A stretch of 64,000 nucleotides of DNA, from NCBI GenBank assembly GCA_964593885.1, contig CAZQKK010000001.1, positions 361,929-425,928 of the forward strand, read 5' to 3'. A model generated the notes under the pieces. The model was given only the letters and a program-made list of their open reading frames with translations, was not told where the DNA came from and did not search any database. Origin of the DNA: an uncultured Candidatus Saccharibacteria bacterium (GTDB taxonomy: Bacteria; Patescibacteriota; UBA1384; CAILIB01). Of the stretch, positions 18,721-28,224 are shown piece after piece (position 1 is the stretch's first letter; the number at the start of each line of letters is the position of its first letter). The translations under genes were made by a program, and so were the position numbers.

Positions 18721-20497
18721 TGAAGGTGATCTCGCGGTCGGTGTGGGGGTCGTAGAAAGCATCTACGGTGATTCCCAGCTGTCCAGCCAGGTTTCGGAGC
18801 TCTTCTGCATACTCACGATTTGGGGCGCCAACGTAGGCGTCATCCCTGGCATCTCGCCACATGGCGGTGAGGCCAGTGGCGTGGATGATGGTCTCGGCGC
18901 AGCAGGCAAAGACCACGTGACCAAAGAGGCCGATGATCTTGCCCATGCCCATCCCTTTACCAGGGAGCTTCACGTGACCGCCGGCTACCAGGGTGGCATC
19001 CGGGAGGATATCCTTAAGGTTCTTGGGGCTGTTGGCAGGTTTGCCGACATCCACAATCTTCAGGCGCTTCCTGCAGTGAGCCGGGTCGAAGGCCAACCCG
19101 CCACTTGCGTTGGTACACAGGAAGAGGGTAGCGGCTTCAGTAGTTGCCTGGTTGAGGCTCACGATCCTTACGGGTTTCTCGGGGTTGATGGCTTGCCAGT
19201 CGAGGAGGAGGCGATCAAGACCGCCACCTTCCTTGTCAGGGTTGCCTACCACCAAGAGCTCAGCGCAGTCGGGGTTGCGGAGCTGCTGCTCCACTACCTT
19301 CCTACCAACCGAGCCGGCGGCTCCAACCACTGCCTTAACCTCAGCTTCGCCACGGCGCAACCTGTCGGTATCAACCGTCTGCTGGAGCCTTGCTTCGGTG
19401 AGGGTGGCGGCAACCTCAGTGAAGGTGTTGCCGTTGGTCACCTTAAGGTCTGGGTGTTTCTCCCGGATGCGCTTGAGGTAGTCGTAGCCGTTCTTGTGGG
19501 TGATACCTGTGCCTGCACCCTGACCAACTACCTCAAGCTCTGGGATGAGCACCATGTAGTAGTCAGTGAGATCTAGCATGTGCACGAAAGCAACCTCGTA
19601 ATGAGGGTGCTTCGGGTCAACGAAAGCGCTCATCTCGTAGGGAATACCCACAGAGTGGCAGATGATGGGTTGTCCGTTGAGCATGGTGATGCCCTTGGAG
19701 TGACCCATGTAGCTCATCCACTTTGGCATGTGGGGCATTGCCTTCTGAATCAAGGTTGCCGGGAGAAACCTCGCCCACCAGATGCGATTAACTGCTGCTT
19801 CCTTGCACGCCTCGGCGGTGTCGCCAGGAACGTGGATGAAGAACAGACAGTGCCTCGCGTTTTCTGGGAACTTACGTAACCCTAACCTCCAGTGGAAGAT
19901 CGGTTTCTCTTCGTCCCGAAGGATTCTGAGAATGTTCTTCTTGTGGAGTAGGGCAACCGTAATACCGAGAAGTACCCCTGTTACGGTGTAGGTGAGATTT
20001 CCCATCATGAAGGGTGAGAGAACCACCAGTGCTACCGCAGCAAGGACAGACCCTACCGTCACAATCCCTGTTGGCACGAAGCCGAGCAAGAATATGACAA
20101 GGCAGATGAGTGCTAGGACTGGTTGGAGAGCCAGGAGGACGCCGAGGCCGGTGGCCACAGCTTTTCCTCCCTTTCCACCAAACGGATAGGTGTGACCAAG
20201 AACGGCGAGAGCAGCAACTACCAGGGTTTCCCCAGGGTTGAGCTGGAGCTTGTGGGCGAAGTAGACGGGTAGGTACCCCTTCAACACATCCCAGGCAAAG
20301 GCTAATCCGGTGAAGGAAAACCTTTGCACGCGGGAGTGGTGCTTGAGGGCTCTGAAAAGGTTGGTTGCACCAACGCTGCCGCTTCCGATTCGTACTAGGT
20401 CTACACCTAGCAAGCGGGCAAACATGCGAGCGAGCGAGGCACAGCCAAGGACGTAGGCCACAAGGGCCAAAGGAATAACGAGAGGATTGATGAGCAT
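18713..20497 (-). CDS. plsY: Glycerol-3-phosphate acyltransferase PlsY fused to a C-terminal acyl-ACP reductase (AAR)-like NAD(P)-binding domain.
   Basis: N-terminal 200 aa carry the PlsY motifs GSGSVGATN, VLKG and LGHTYPFGGKGGKAVAT. The C-terminal 380 aa match cyanobacterial AAR blocks (TNGNTFTE, AVVGAAGSVG, GGHV, FACCAE with a Cys at the catalytic position). No stop codon separates the two parts. Confidence 0.8.
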   Translation of the reverse strand: MLINPLVIPLALVAYVLGCASLARMFARLLGVDLVRIGSGSVGATNLFRALKHHSRVQRFSFTGLAFAWDVLKGYLPVYFAHKLQLNPGETLVVAALAVLGHTYPFGGKGGKAVATGLGVLLALQPVLALICLVIFLLGFVPTGIVTVGSVLAAVALVVLSPFMMGNLTYTVTGVLLGITVALLHKKNILRILRDEEKPIFHWRLGLRKFPENARHCLFFIHVPGDTAEACKEAAVNRIWWARFLPATLIQKAMPHMPKWMSYMGHSKGITMLNGQPIICHSVGIPYEMSAFVDPKHPHYEVAFVHMLDLTDYYMVLIPELEVVGQGAGTGITHKNGYDYLKRIREKHPDLKVTNGNTFTEVAATLTEARLQQTVDTDRLRRGEAEVKAVVGAAGSVGRKVVEQQLRNPDCAELLVVGNPDKEGGGLDRLLLDWQAINPEKPVRIVSLNQATTEAATLFLCTNASGGLAFDPAHCRKRLKIVDVGKPANSPKNLKDILPDATLVAGGHVKLPGKGMGMGKIIGLFGHVVFACCAETIIHATGLTAMWRDARDDAYVGAPNREYAEELRNLAGQLGITVDAFYDPHTDREITFTR

Positions 20498-20622
20498 AGA
20501 GCACCGTGTTGTCAGGGGACGCGTGCTTCCTTCGGTGTAACCACAATTGGTACGGCGAATTTAGCGTCGCAAAAATACCTGAAATCAGGTAAAAAGTCAA
20601 TCACAATGGGAGTAAAACCAGC

Positions 20623-21705
20623 CTATTCTTCGTCGGCAAGGTGCTTCTCAAGGAAGAGGTGGAGGGCAACGATGAACATGCTCTCAGACCAGCCCAAAGG
20701 TGAGTTCTCGTTGTGGACCTCACTGTGCGAGAAGTAGAGCTCGGGGATATCGCCTACAGAGTTAATGGTAGCCATAGAGCGCTGCATGAACTCTTTTGCC
20801 TTTTCAGTGTTGCCAAGCTGCTGGTAGATGATGGCAAGCCAAGAGAGGCCAAAGGTCCACTCCGCTTCCTGCGACGTGCCGTCTACGTTGTCTCGGTTGT
20901 AGTACCTATCACCTTTGTACCTGAGGACTCCTAGGTCTTTCACCAGGTGGTACTCAACGTTTGAGAGGATTTGATCGCGCTCCTTGGCGGGCACGATGTT
21001 GTAGGGGAAGATCAGCGAGAGTAGCGCCAAATCTACAAACTTCTGCTGTGATTCCCTCGGGAGGAGCTTAGCCAGTACCGCTTCACCCTTGGCGATGAGT
21101 CCACGTGGTACCCTGATGTACGAGAGCTTTGAGACCTTCTTGAGGCCAGCTACACACGCTCCAACCGATGAGGCGTGCACTTCCTCGTTCTCTTCCCACA
21201 TCCCGTTGTCTGGCTCTAGCCAGTACTCAATGCTTGAGAGGTAGTTGACCAGCTTCTGGATGATCCGTTTGTCAGCCGCACTGCTCACAATGTGGAAGCC
21301 AGGCTTCTGCTCTAACTCGCCAATCCTGAAGAGGATGGCGCCAACGGCGTCGTGCTGTTTGTTGCCCCAGTCCTCCCAGAACTGATCAAAGCTGTCTGGG
21401 TGGTACCTCGGGTGGATGAAGTCGTTACGGTCTACTGGTTTCTCAGCAATGGCGGCATCAATCTTTGCCTCGTGCTTGAGGAAGATATCCAGGATGGCGC
21501 GGTACGTTTTGGCAACTACATCCCACCTGTCTACATACTCAAAGGCGAGGCATTCGTAGAAGTTATCGCGCAGCCAGGCTTTGTCGTAGCCAGTTTTGAC
21601 CGAGTGGGCAGATGCCATGAAGAGCCCCGAGGATTTCTGGAGCTTTTCGAGGTTTTTTACGTGGCGCCTGAGAACCTTCTCGTAGTCAATCCTGATCCGA
21701 GGCAT
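20623..21705 (-). CDS. Glycoside hydrolase family 15-like (glucoamylase-like) protein.
   Basis: YDKAWLRDNF and GMWEENEEV motifs typical of the GH15 (alpha/alpha)6 catalytic domain. Confidence 0.6.
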   Translation of the reverse strand: MPRIRIDYEKVLRRHVKNLEKLQKSSGLFMASAHSVKTGYDKAWLRDNFYECLAFEYVDRWDVVAKTYRAILDIFLKHEAKIDAAIAEKPVDRNDFIHPRYHPDSFDQFWEDWGNKQHDAVGAILFRIGELEQKPGFHIVSSAADKRIIQKLVNYLSSIEYWLEPDNGMWEENEEVHASSVGACVAGLKKVSKLSYIRVPRGLIAKGEAVLAKLLPRESQQKFVDLALLSLIFPYNIVPAKERDQILSNVEYHLVKDLGVLRYKGDRYYNRDNVDGTSQEAEWTFGLSWLAIIYQQLGNTEKAKEFMQRSMATINSVGDIPELYFSHSEVHNENSPLGWSESMFIVALHLFLEKHLADEE

Positions 21706-21708
21706 GGG

Positions 21709-23502
21709 TTACTTCGCTCCGTACATCTTACTGACGTACTCGTTGACCATACGGGTGCTTGAGAACATTGGTGAGATGGTGGCCATGGTGTCGCGCATCA
21801 TTGCTACCCAGAGGCGAGGGATGCCGTTCTTGTCGTGCTTGTAGAAGGTTGGGATGATCTTCTTCTCGAAGAGGCTGTAGATGTGGGTTTCAGCCTTGTG
21901 GATAGGGAGGGCGTAGCCAAGGCCGTACCAGTCTACTTCGTATGCCCAACCATCAGGGGTGGTGAACTGGATGGCGCCGTTTGCCGCTGCTTTCATGCCA
22001 CTGGTTCCCGAAGCCTCAAGTCCAAAGATTGGGGTGTTGAGCCAGATGTCGGCACCAGCAACAAGGTACTTTGCCAGGGTGATGGAGTAGTCATCTACGA
22101 ATACTGCGCGACGCTTGAGGTCGTAGTTGGCGAGGTACTCAATGTGGGCGATGATGTCTTTGCCCTGCTGATCAGCTGGATGTGACTTTCCTGCTACAAT
22201 AATTTGTATTGGCTTGTCAGAGCTGAAAACTAGCTCTTTTAGTTTTTCAATATCGTTGAACAACAGGTCTGGGCGCTTGTACGTGGCAAACCTACGAGCC
22301 CATACAATGGTGAGTACATCTTCCTCAAGTCTGACGCCTGTTTCGTCGTACACCTTACCCAAGAGCTTGCGCTTGAGTTCCATGTGCGTGCCCCAGAGGT
22401 CGGCATCCGAGAGCTTGCTGAGGGCGCGCCACATCTTTGGGTCTGAGGTGGTAGTCTTCCAGGTTGGCATCAGCTTAGTCCAGTGGTCTTGCCACTCTTT
22501 CGCTACCCACTGGGGGAGGTGGACACCGTTGGTAACTGCCTCAAGCTTGAAGTCTGGCCAGAGGTCCTTTGCCTTCTTGGCGTGGAGCTTGGAAACGGCG
22601 TTGCTCTTGCGTGACATACGGAGTGCCAGCATGGTCATGGAGAAGTTGCCTGGCTTTTCAGGGGCGTCTCCTAGGGAGATTACGGTATCAATGCCAACTC
22701 CTGAGTCAAAGGCGTACTTCCCGAGGAGGGTTTTCACCATGTCGTGGGGGAAGGCGTCATTTCCAGCTGCAACCAGGGTGTGGTTGGTGAAGATGAGCTG
22801 CTGCCTAGCTGCTGCTTTGGCGGCCTCAAGGCTCATTCCCGATTTCATGTGCTTGCTGATGAGCTCAAGACTGAGGAAGGCCGAGTGACCTTCGTTCATG
22901 TGGAAGATGGTAGGGACAATGCCAAGTCTCTCCAGGGCGCGGTAGCCACCCACAGCGAGAACGAGCTCTTGCTGGATGCGCTTTGCCTGGTCTCCAGCGT
23001 AGAGCTGGTCGGTGATGTTACGGTCAGCATCACTGTTCTTCCAGTGGTCGGTATCGAGGAGGAAGAGCGAGGTGCCATCGATGTTGAATCTCCAGATCTG
23101 GGCGTAGACAATTCGCTCCTGAACGGGAACCTCAATGAGGACGGTCTCGCCCTTCTCATCTACGGCGAGGTGGAGGGGTACCTTGGCGGGGGTGATGAGC
23201 GTGGTGCTCTCGTGCTGGCCTGAGGTATCTACAAACTGGTGGAAGTACCCCTTCTTGTAGAAGAGGCCAACCGCTACAAACGGCAGCTTCTGGGCAGCTG
23301 CTTCCTGGACAATATCTCCAGCAAGAACTCCAAGACCTCCTGAGTAGATGGGTAGCTTGTCAGTAATGCCGTACTCGGCACAGAAGTAGGCAACGTAATC
23401 GTGGGCACCCAAACCAGAAGCCCCTCTTTTTGGTGTGGAAGATGTAAACATGGTACCTACAGTATAGAAGCTGAAGCACACCTTGAGCAACAGGTGGAGC
23501 AT
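21709..23502 (-). CDS. glgP: Alpha-glucan (glycogen/maltodextrin) phosphorylase, GT35 short form.
   Basis: FCAEYGITDKLPIYSGGLGVLAGD and the PLP-site motif EASGTSGMKAAANG. Confidence 0.85.
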   Translation of the reverse strand: MLHLLLKVCFSFYTVGTMFTSSTPKRGASGLGAHDYVAYFCAEYGITDKLPIYSGGLGVLAGDIVQEAAAQKLPFVAVGLFYKKGYFHQFVDTSGQHESTTLITPAKVPLHLAVDEKGETVLIEVPVQERIVYAQIWRFNIDGTSLFLLDTDHWKNSDADRNITDQLYAGDQAKRIQQELVLAVGGYRALERLGIVPTIFHMNEGHSAFLSLELISKHMKSGMSLEAAKAAARQQLIFTNHTLVAAGNDAFPHDMVKTLLGKYAFDSGVGIDTVISLGDAPEKPGNFSMTMLALRMSRKSNAVSKLHAKKAKDLWPDFKLEAVTNGVHLPQWVAKEWQDHWTKLMPTWKTTTSDPKMWRALSKLSDADLWGTHMELKRKLLGKVYDETGVRLEEDVLTIVWARRFATYKRPDLLFNDIEKLKELVFSSDKPIQIIVAGKSHPADQQGKDIIAHIEYLANYDLKRRAVFVDDYSITLAKYLVAGADIWLNTPIFGLEASGTSGMKAAANGAIQFTTPDGWAYEVDWYGLGYALPIHKAETHIYSLFEKKIIPTFYKHDKNGIPRLWVAMMRDTMATISPMFSSTRMVNEYVSKMYGAK

Positions 23503-23581
23503 TCCTGGGACGAAACTACCCAGTGAGAAGTGGTCTCAGGGGGAGTTTTGCGTGAAGCCTTTCTTGGTGTAGCATGTACGT

Positions 23582-24136
23582 ATGTACGACGAGACCCACC
23601 CAGACTACAGTCACAAGATTACAAAAGATCTCTCACGCGAGCACCTCCTCCACAGGCTGGTTGCGGGGAGTGCTTTCATCTTTGCCCTCTGCATTCTCCC
23701 TGTTGCCCAGTACTTCCTCGTCCAGAGCAGAACTGAGGTTACAACAACTCAGGAGAAGGGTGAGGTTGCAGGTGTGAGTACCTCAAACAAGGACGCTGAT
23801 CCTGAAGTGCTCGGTGTCGCTGCTACCCCTGAAGCTTCACCAAAGACAAAGGCCGAGTGTGAGGCGAAGAAGACTAAAGACCTCGCAGACCTCCAGCGTT
23901 TCATTGACGGGAAGAAAAAGGCCATGCTTACCGGCTACGAGGTAAAGGTGCAGCCTTACCGCTACGCGCTCTCTGCCATCGATCCAAATAGTCCTTCAGC
24001 CTCAGCCGAGAGATCAGAGCTCACCAGCCTCATTGATGCCGAGTACCAGCCATACCTCAAAGAGTTAGCTACGGTTGAACAGCTAGTTGTAGATGAGAGC
24101 GCAAGAATTAACGGTACTGCCTGTCCGCTAGAGTAG
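23582..24136 (+). CDS. Hypothetical membrane-anchored protein.
   Basis: One TM helix followed by a charged/Lys-rich region; followed by a bidirectional terminator. Confidence 0.4.
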   Translation: MYDETHPDYSHKITKDLSREHLLHRLVAGSAFIFALCILPVAQYFLVQSRTEVTTTQEKGEVAGVSTSNKDADPEVLGVAATPEASPKTKAECEAKKTKDLADLQRFIDGKKKAMLTGYEVKVQPYRYALSAIDPNSPSASAERSELTSLIDAEYQPYLKELATVEQLVVDESARINGTACPLE

Positions 24137-24151
24137 TCCTCGGTAGGGGCG

Positions 24152-24186
24152 ATGAAAAAATGAGGCTTTAGGCCTCATTTTTTGTT
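24152..24186. terminator. Bidirectional intrinsic terminator.
   Basis: AAAAAATGAGGC-ttta-GGCCTCATTTTTTG. Confidence 0.6.
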
Positions 24187-25925
24187 TCGGTGAGCAGTTT
24201 CACCAGTGGACCTCCGGCAAAGCCTTGGATACCACATCCCCAGGAAGCGCCACTCTCAGCCGATGCAATTTCGCCAGGTGTTCCTAGGTAGTGCTGCCAG
24301 AGGAGTTCACTGCAGGCACTGTCGGTGAGCATGGCGATGACGCTGTGGTAGAGCTCCTTGTTGTGCCTGTGGAGGGATATGGCGGCGAGACAGTTGATGT
24401 GGAACCAGCTATCTCCTTGGTGGTAGCTCAGGTTATTTTCGCCGGTACTCTGTTTCTGGAACTCAGGATCCTGCCAGTTGAGCGAGGTAATTCCTCCCCA
24501 GCGGGTCCAGCAGTTATCTAGGACGGTGGTGAAGGTGGCATCCCACTGATCTCTGGTGAGGAGATCGGGTTGGATGAGGTATGCCAGGAAGACATTTGGG
24601 CGTTTCTGGTTTGAGAGCGAGAGATCTTCCTCAAGACCATCACGCAGGTACTCTTGGAAGAGGGTGTGCCTGATTGTCCCAAGGTGTGCTTCGCGATCGG
24701 TTTCAAACTGCTGGCTACCGGTGAGCTCAGCTAAGAGCTGGAGGCAGAGGCCGTACATTGCCTGAATCTCAATGCGGCAGCCAACCCTCCCGATGGTGTC
24801 CATCCAGGTTGTGTTGTGTCCAGACCAGATGAGACCAGTAGGGGTTTTTCGAGACTGGTTGAGTCCTGAGATTGCACCCTGGAGGAACGTGGTGATTTCG
24901 CCCCGCATAGCCTCAGGGATGTTTGAGATGCCTACCTCGCGGATGAGGAGGGAGAGCCAACCTACGCCATCAGAGCAGTAGGTGCCAGACCCAGCGTAGG
25001 TGGGAAGCTCACCCATGTAGGTTGAGGTGTTGAGGTAGCGGGAAATGAGGGTGAGCTGCTGATCAAGGGGGAGTCCAAGACCTGTAATCAGTTCATCCCT
25101 GCTCCAGTGCTGGTGGAACCAAGGGAAGCCAGCGTAGTAGCCGGTACTGACGTGGAGGTACTGGAGGGAAGTTTCTGCAAGGTAGAGGCTAACCTGGTGG
25201 GGAGTTGCAGAAGGCATGGTCTCAAAGCTTGCAGGTTTGAGGCTAGAAGCTGCTCTGGCACCCGCACGTGCCTGCTCCTCACTGAAACCAATGCCCAGGT
25301 AAAGGTTAGTAGTCTCAACCGTGCCAAGGCTGACAATGTGGAGGTTAGATGGCTCGGAGTTTCGCTGGGAGTCCCTCCCGTACCTCACAGGCTTCCAGGT
25401 AATTTCAGGTTTATTGAGACGGTCACCCGAGGTAACGCAGAGGTAGAGGGTGGTACCAGCGAGAGTTGGATCGGTGTAGCTTACCATGTAGCCGCCACGT
25501 TCTGTGGCTACCTCGTAAGTTCGCCCCTCATCTGGCTGCAGGTAGATACCGCGCATATCCAGGTTGAGTTCTAGCTCAGCGGGCTTGCTGCAGGTGATAC
25601 GCATACCGCCAGCACTTGGAAGGTCTGTAACCAGTTGGAAGGTAACATCACGACCGTTTGAGTACTGGTGCTTCACAGCTCCCGGGGTTGCATGAATGCT
25701 CTCGGGGAGCTCTGGTTTGCTAGGGAATATCTCAACTCTCTCGAGGAACTTCCAGAACTGGTGAGGCTCATCCTGCTCGTTGGTGAGGAACCAGCCCTCG
25801 TACCGGGTGGCTCTGCCAAAGTTAAACTGGCTGAACCAGTCACGTTTTCCGCGCAGGAAAGAAGCGGAGTAGCCGGTGGGCTCTCCCGAGGCTTCTCCTA
25901 CAGCAGTAACGTGCCTGATGATCAT
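24168..25925 (-). CDS. Amylo-alpha-1,6-glucosidase / glycogen debranching enzyme-like (GDE_C) protein.
   Basis: An approximately 585-aa (alpha/alpha)6-type protein with a WSRDE motif, in alpha-glucan context. Confidence 0.55.
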   Translation of the reverse strand: MIIRHVTAVGEASGEPTGYSASFLRGKRDWFSQFNFGRATRYEGWFLTNEQDEPHQFWKFLERVEIFPSKPELPESIHATPGAVKHQYSNGRDVTFQLVTDLPSAGGMRITCSKPAELELNLDMRGIYLQPDEGRTYEVATERGGYMVSYTDPTLAGTTLYLCVTSGDRLNKPEITWKPVRYGRDSQRNSEPSNLHIVSLGTVETTNLYLGIGFSEEQARAGARAASSLKPASFETMPSATPHQVSLYLAETSLQYLHVSTGYYAGFPWFHQHWSRDELITGLGLPLDQQLTLISRYLNTSTYMGELPTYAGSGTYCSDGVGWLSLLIREVGISNIPEAMRGEITTFLQGAISGLNQSRKTPTGLIWSGHNTTWMDTIGRVGCRIEIQAMYGLCLQLLAELTGSQQFETDREAHLGTIRHTLFQEYLRDGLEEDLSLSNQKRPNVFLAYLIQPDLLTRDQWDATFTTVLDNCWTRWGGITSLNWQDPEFQKQSTGENNLSYHQGDSWFHINCLAAISLHRHNKELYHSVIAMLTDSACSELLWQHYLGTPGEIASAESGASWGCGIQGFAGGPLVKLLTETKNEA

Positions 25926-27694
25926 TTGGTGGCGAGGGCGTACGCCTCGTGGTACCTATCGTAGAGCTCGTGCCAGTCAAACTTCTGGATCACCTGGTAG
26001 GCTCTCATTCTATCCAGCATGTGGACGCGGGGATCTAGGTTTACCGCAGTCTTGAGCATCTTGGTGAGGGTGGCAGCAACTTCTGAGTCACTTAGCCCTT
26101 CACGTTCTAGGATGAGCGAACCTCTCTCGTCTTTGGCGCGCTCTGAAGCGGCAAGGCCAAACCCGGCAAGGTTACTGGTGATTCCTGGTACTCCCATGGC
26201 AAGGCTCTCCATAGGGGTGTAGCCCCAAGGCTCGTAGAGGGAAGGGAAGACGCCGAGGTCACAGCCGGAGATGAGCTGGTAGAGGGAGCGATTAAAGATG
26301 CCGTCAAAGCCATCAAAGTAGGCAGGGAAAAAGATAACCTTTACCCGGTCTTCTTCTCTGTTGGTAAGGCCGGCTGCCTTGGCGGCATTGAGGATACCGT
26401 CTTGATCGGGGTTTCTCAGGTCAAATGGTGAGATAGGAGGTTGCTCGTACACGGGGAGCTTCACGATGAGCTGCTTGAGCTGCTCGATAACCTGGGCAGG
26501 CAAGATGGTAATGTTGGCGCAGTGCTCGCCCTCTTCCCACAGTGACTGGTAGAGCTCACGCTGCTGGCGGGCGCTGTAGGTGTGGAGGGTGTGGGTGAGG
26601 TGGTTGTTTACCGCAAGCTGGAAGGTAACCTCGGGTCTAATTCTCAAGGCATCACCTGGGACGAAGAAAAAGGCGACAACAGTCTTGGGCGAGTTCTCAG
26701 CAATGAGCTCCTTGTTGAGAGTACCGAGGGACTGGAGGTAGAGGTCGTAGCCCTTGTTGTGGGTTTCGTACCTCCCCATGGTGAACTGGTAGGTGGTGCT
26801 ACTGAGGTCAAAACGGTAGCTAGAGAAGAAGTAGGCACTGACGAAATCGTGGAGAACCTCGCGATTTTCATCGTGCATATCGCAGAGCGCATCAAAGGCA
26901 GGGAAGAGCTTACTATCTACCCCATTCTCAGTGATGATGTCTGGTTTTCGCCCAAGGAACTGCGAAGCTTCGCGCCCGGTAAGGTGCGAGACGGTGGTGA
27001 AAACCGTTGAGAGCTGGGCTGAGAGGGCTTCAAGCTGGTGCTTGGCAATTACGTTGTGGCTCTCTGAAGCCTCGGTTGGGTCTATCTTTTCGATGTGGGT
27101 GTAGATGTCTTCGCCACCAGAAGAGAGAGCTCTTCCAAGGACGGTGGCGTGGGTGGTGAACACCGTTTTTACCGCAGGGTAGTCGTGGAGGACGAGGAAG
27201 GCACCAGCAGCCAGCCACTCGTGGCCATGGAAGAGGGTGCTCTCACCAGTCTCAGCTTGGTACTCGGCTACCAGGTGACCTACCGCGATAGACCAGAGGA
27301 GTGGGGTGTCTACATCAAAGAAGTCGGTGTTCAGGGTGTTGAGCTTGTGGTGCTCCCAGAAGCTTGCCTTGTAGGTATTGAGCGAACTAGCAAGACCGCC
27401 CCATCCAAGGAGGATGCAGGGTGGGTGACCCTCGGTGATCCAGTACCCGTACTGGGCTTCTATGCCGCGTTCAGCGAGCTTGGCGAACACCTTGGCAAAC
27501 ACCTCTGGGGTGTCTTCCTGGTGGAAGTTTGGGTTGCTAGAGAGGAGTGGTCCTACGGTGGTGTAGGAATCAGGAAACTTGGCTTGCGCGTAGGCAAGCT
27601 TTGTGGTGAGAACGGTGTGGATGCCGCCTACCTTATTGCAAACTTCCCAACTAGCCTCGAAGAGGTGGGCTGATGTTGGCTTCACGTGAGCCAA
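25922..27694 (-). CDS. Glycogen synthase, GT3 (eukaryotic-type) family.
   Basis: N-terminus LFEASWEVCNKVGGIHTVL is the hallmark of GT3 glycogen synthases. Confidence 0.8.
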   Translation of the reverse strand: MAHVKPTSAHLFEASWEVCNKVGGIHTVLTTKLAYAQAKFPDSYTTVGPLLSSNPNFHQEDTPEVFAKVFAKLAERGIEAQYGYWITEGHPPCILLGWGGLASSLNTYKASFWEHHKLNTLNTDFFDVDTPLLWSIAVGHLVAEYQAETGESTLFHGHEWLAAGAFLVLHDYPAVKTVFTTHATVLGRALSSGGEDIYTHIEKIDPTEASESHNVIAKHQLEALSAQLSTVFTTVSHLTGREASQFLGRKPDIITENGVDSKLFPAFDALCDMHDENREVLHDFVSAYFFSSYRFDLSSTTYQFTMGRYETHNKGYDLYLQSLGTLNKELIAENSPKTVVAFFFVPGDALRIRPEVTFQLAVNNHLTHTLHTYSARQQRELYQSLWEEGEHCANITILPAQVIEQLKQLIVKLPVYEQPPISPFDLRNPDQDGILNAAKAAGLTNREEDRVKVIFFPAYFDGFDGIFNRSLYQLISGCDLGVFPSLYEPWGYTPMESLAMGVPGITSNLAGFGLAASERAKDERGSLILEREGLSDSEVAATLTKMLKTAVNLDPRVHMLDRMRAYQVIQKFDWHELYDRYHEAYALATK

Positions 27695-27695
27695 C

Positions 27696-28052
27696 CTACG
27701 CTTGTGGGGTAGCTGAATCGCCTACGGTGAACTGCGGTGTTTCAGCGGCAGGGGCTGCTGGGGTGTTTCCCATGCGCAGGAACTTCTCAATGCTTACCAT
27801 CATCCTGAGAGGAGTAGGGTGCTCGCGGAGGCGTGAGGCAAGCTCAGGCTCTTCAAACACACCCTCTACCCAACTGGCGAAGTCATTCTTGTGCTCGTTG
27901 ACGTGGTTGTGGAATACCTCAGGCTCAATGAGATTGATGGCTTCTGAGAGCTCATCGAGGGTAAAAAGTTTGTCTCCGTTGACGAGGGTGAAAGACTTTT
28001 CTTCAGCAACCCTAAAGTTTCGCTTGTCTTCAACACTGCTTAGTATTCCCAT
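27696..28052 (-). CDS. Hypothetical protein (118 aa).
   Basis: ATG at 28052 preceded by AAAGGAGGAG SD; 2 nt upstream of the GT3 gene on the same strand. Confidence 0.45.
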   Translation of the reverse strand: MGILSSVEDKRNFRVAEEKSFTLVNGDKLFTLDELSEAINLIEPEVFHNHVNEHKNDFASWVEGVFEEPELASRLREHPTPLRMMVSIEKFLRMGNTPAAPAAETPQFTVGDSATPQA

Positions 28053-28224
28053 GTCTCCTCCTTTGCTAACCGGTGAATGATAGTTTGTTGAAATGTATGA
28101 ACATTTTATGTAAGTATTGTACACCCGCTGCAACCTTTTTTGCAATAGTTTGCGCGGTGGTACTAGGCTTCTTTGCAGGGGTTCATGTTTTGTAACAGGT
28201 TACGCGAAAGGGTATACTTTTGGT

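Noticed and set aside
18743-19576. 277-aa plus-strand ORF inside the plsY-AAR fusion gene.
   Set aside because: It is antisense to a gene with strong motif support, and its low-complexity composition is typical of shadow ORFs.
22214-23223. Plus-strand ORFs of 224 and 159 aa inside glgP.
   Set aside because: Antisense to a PLP-motif-bearing phosphorylase gene.
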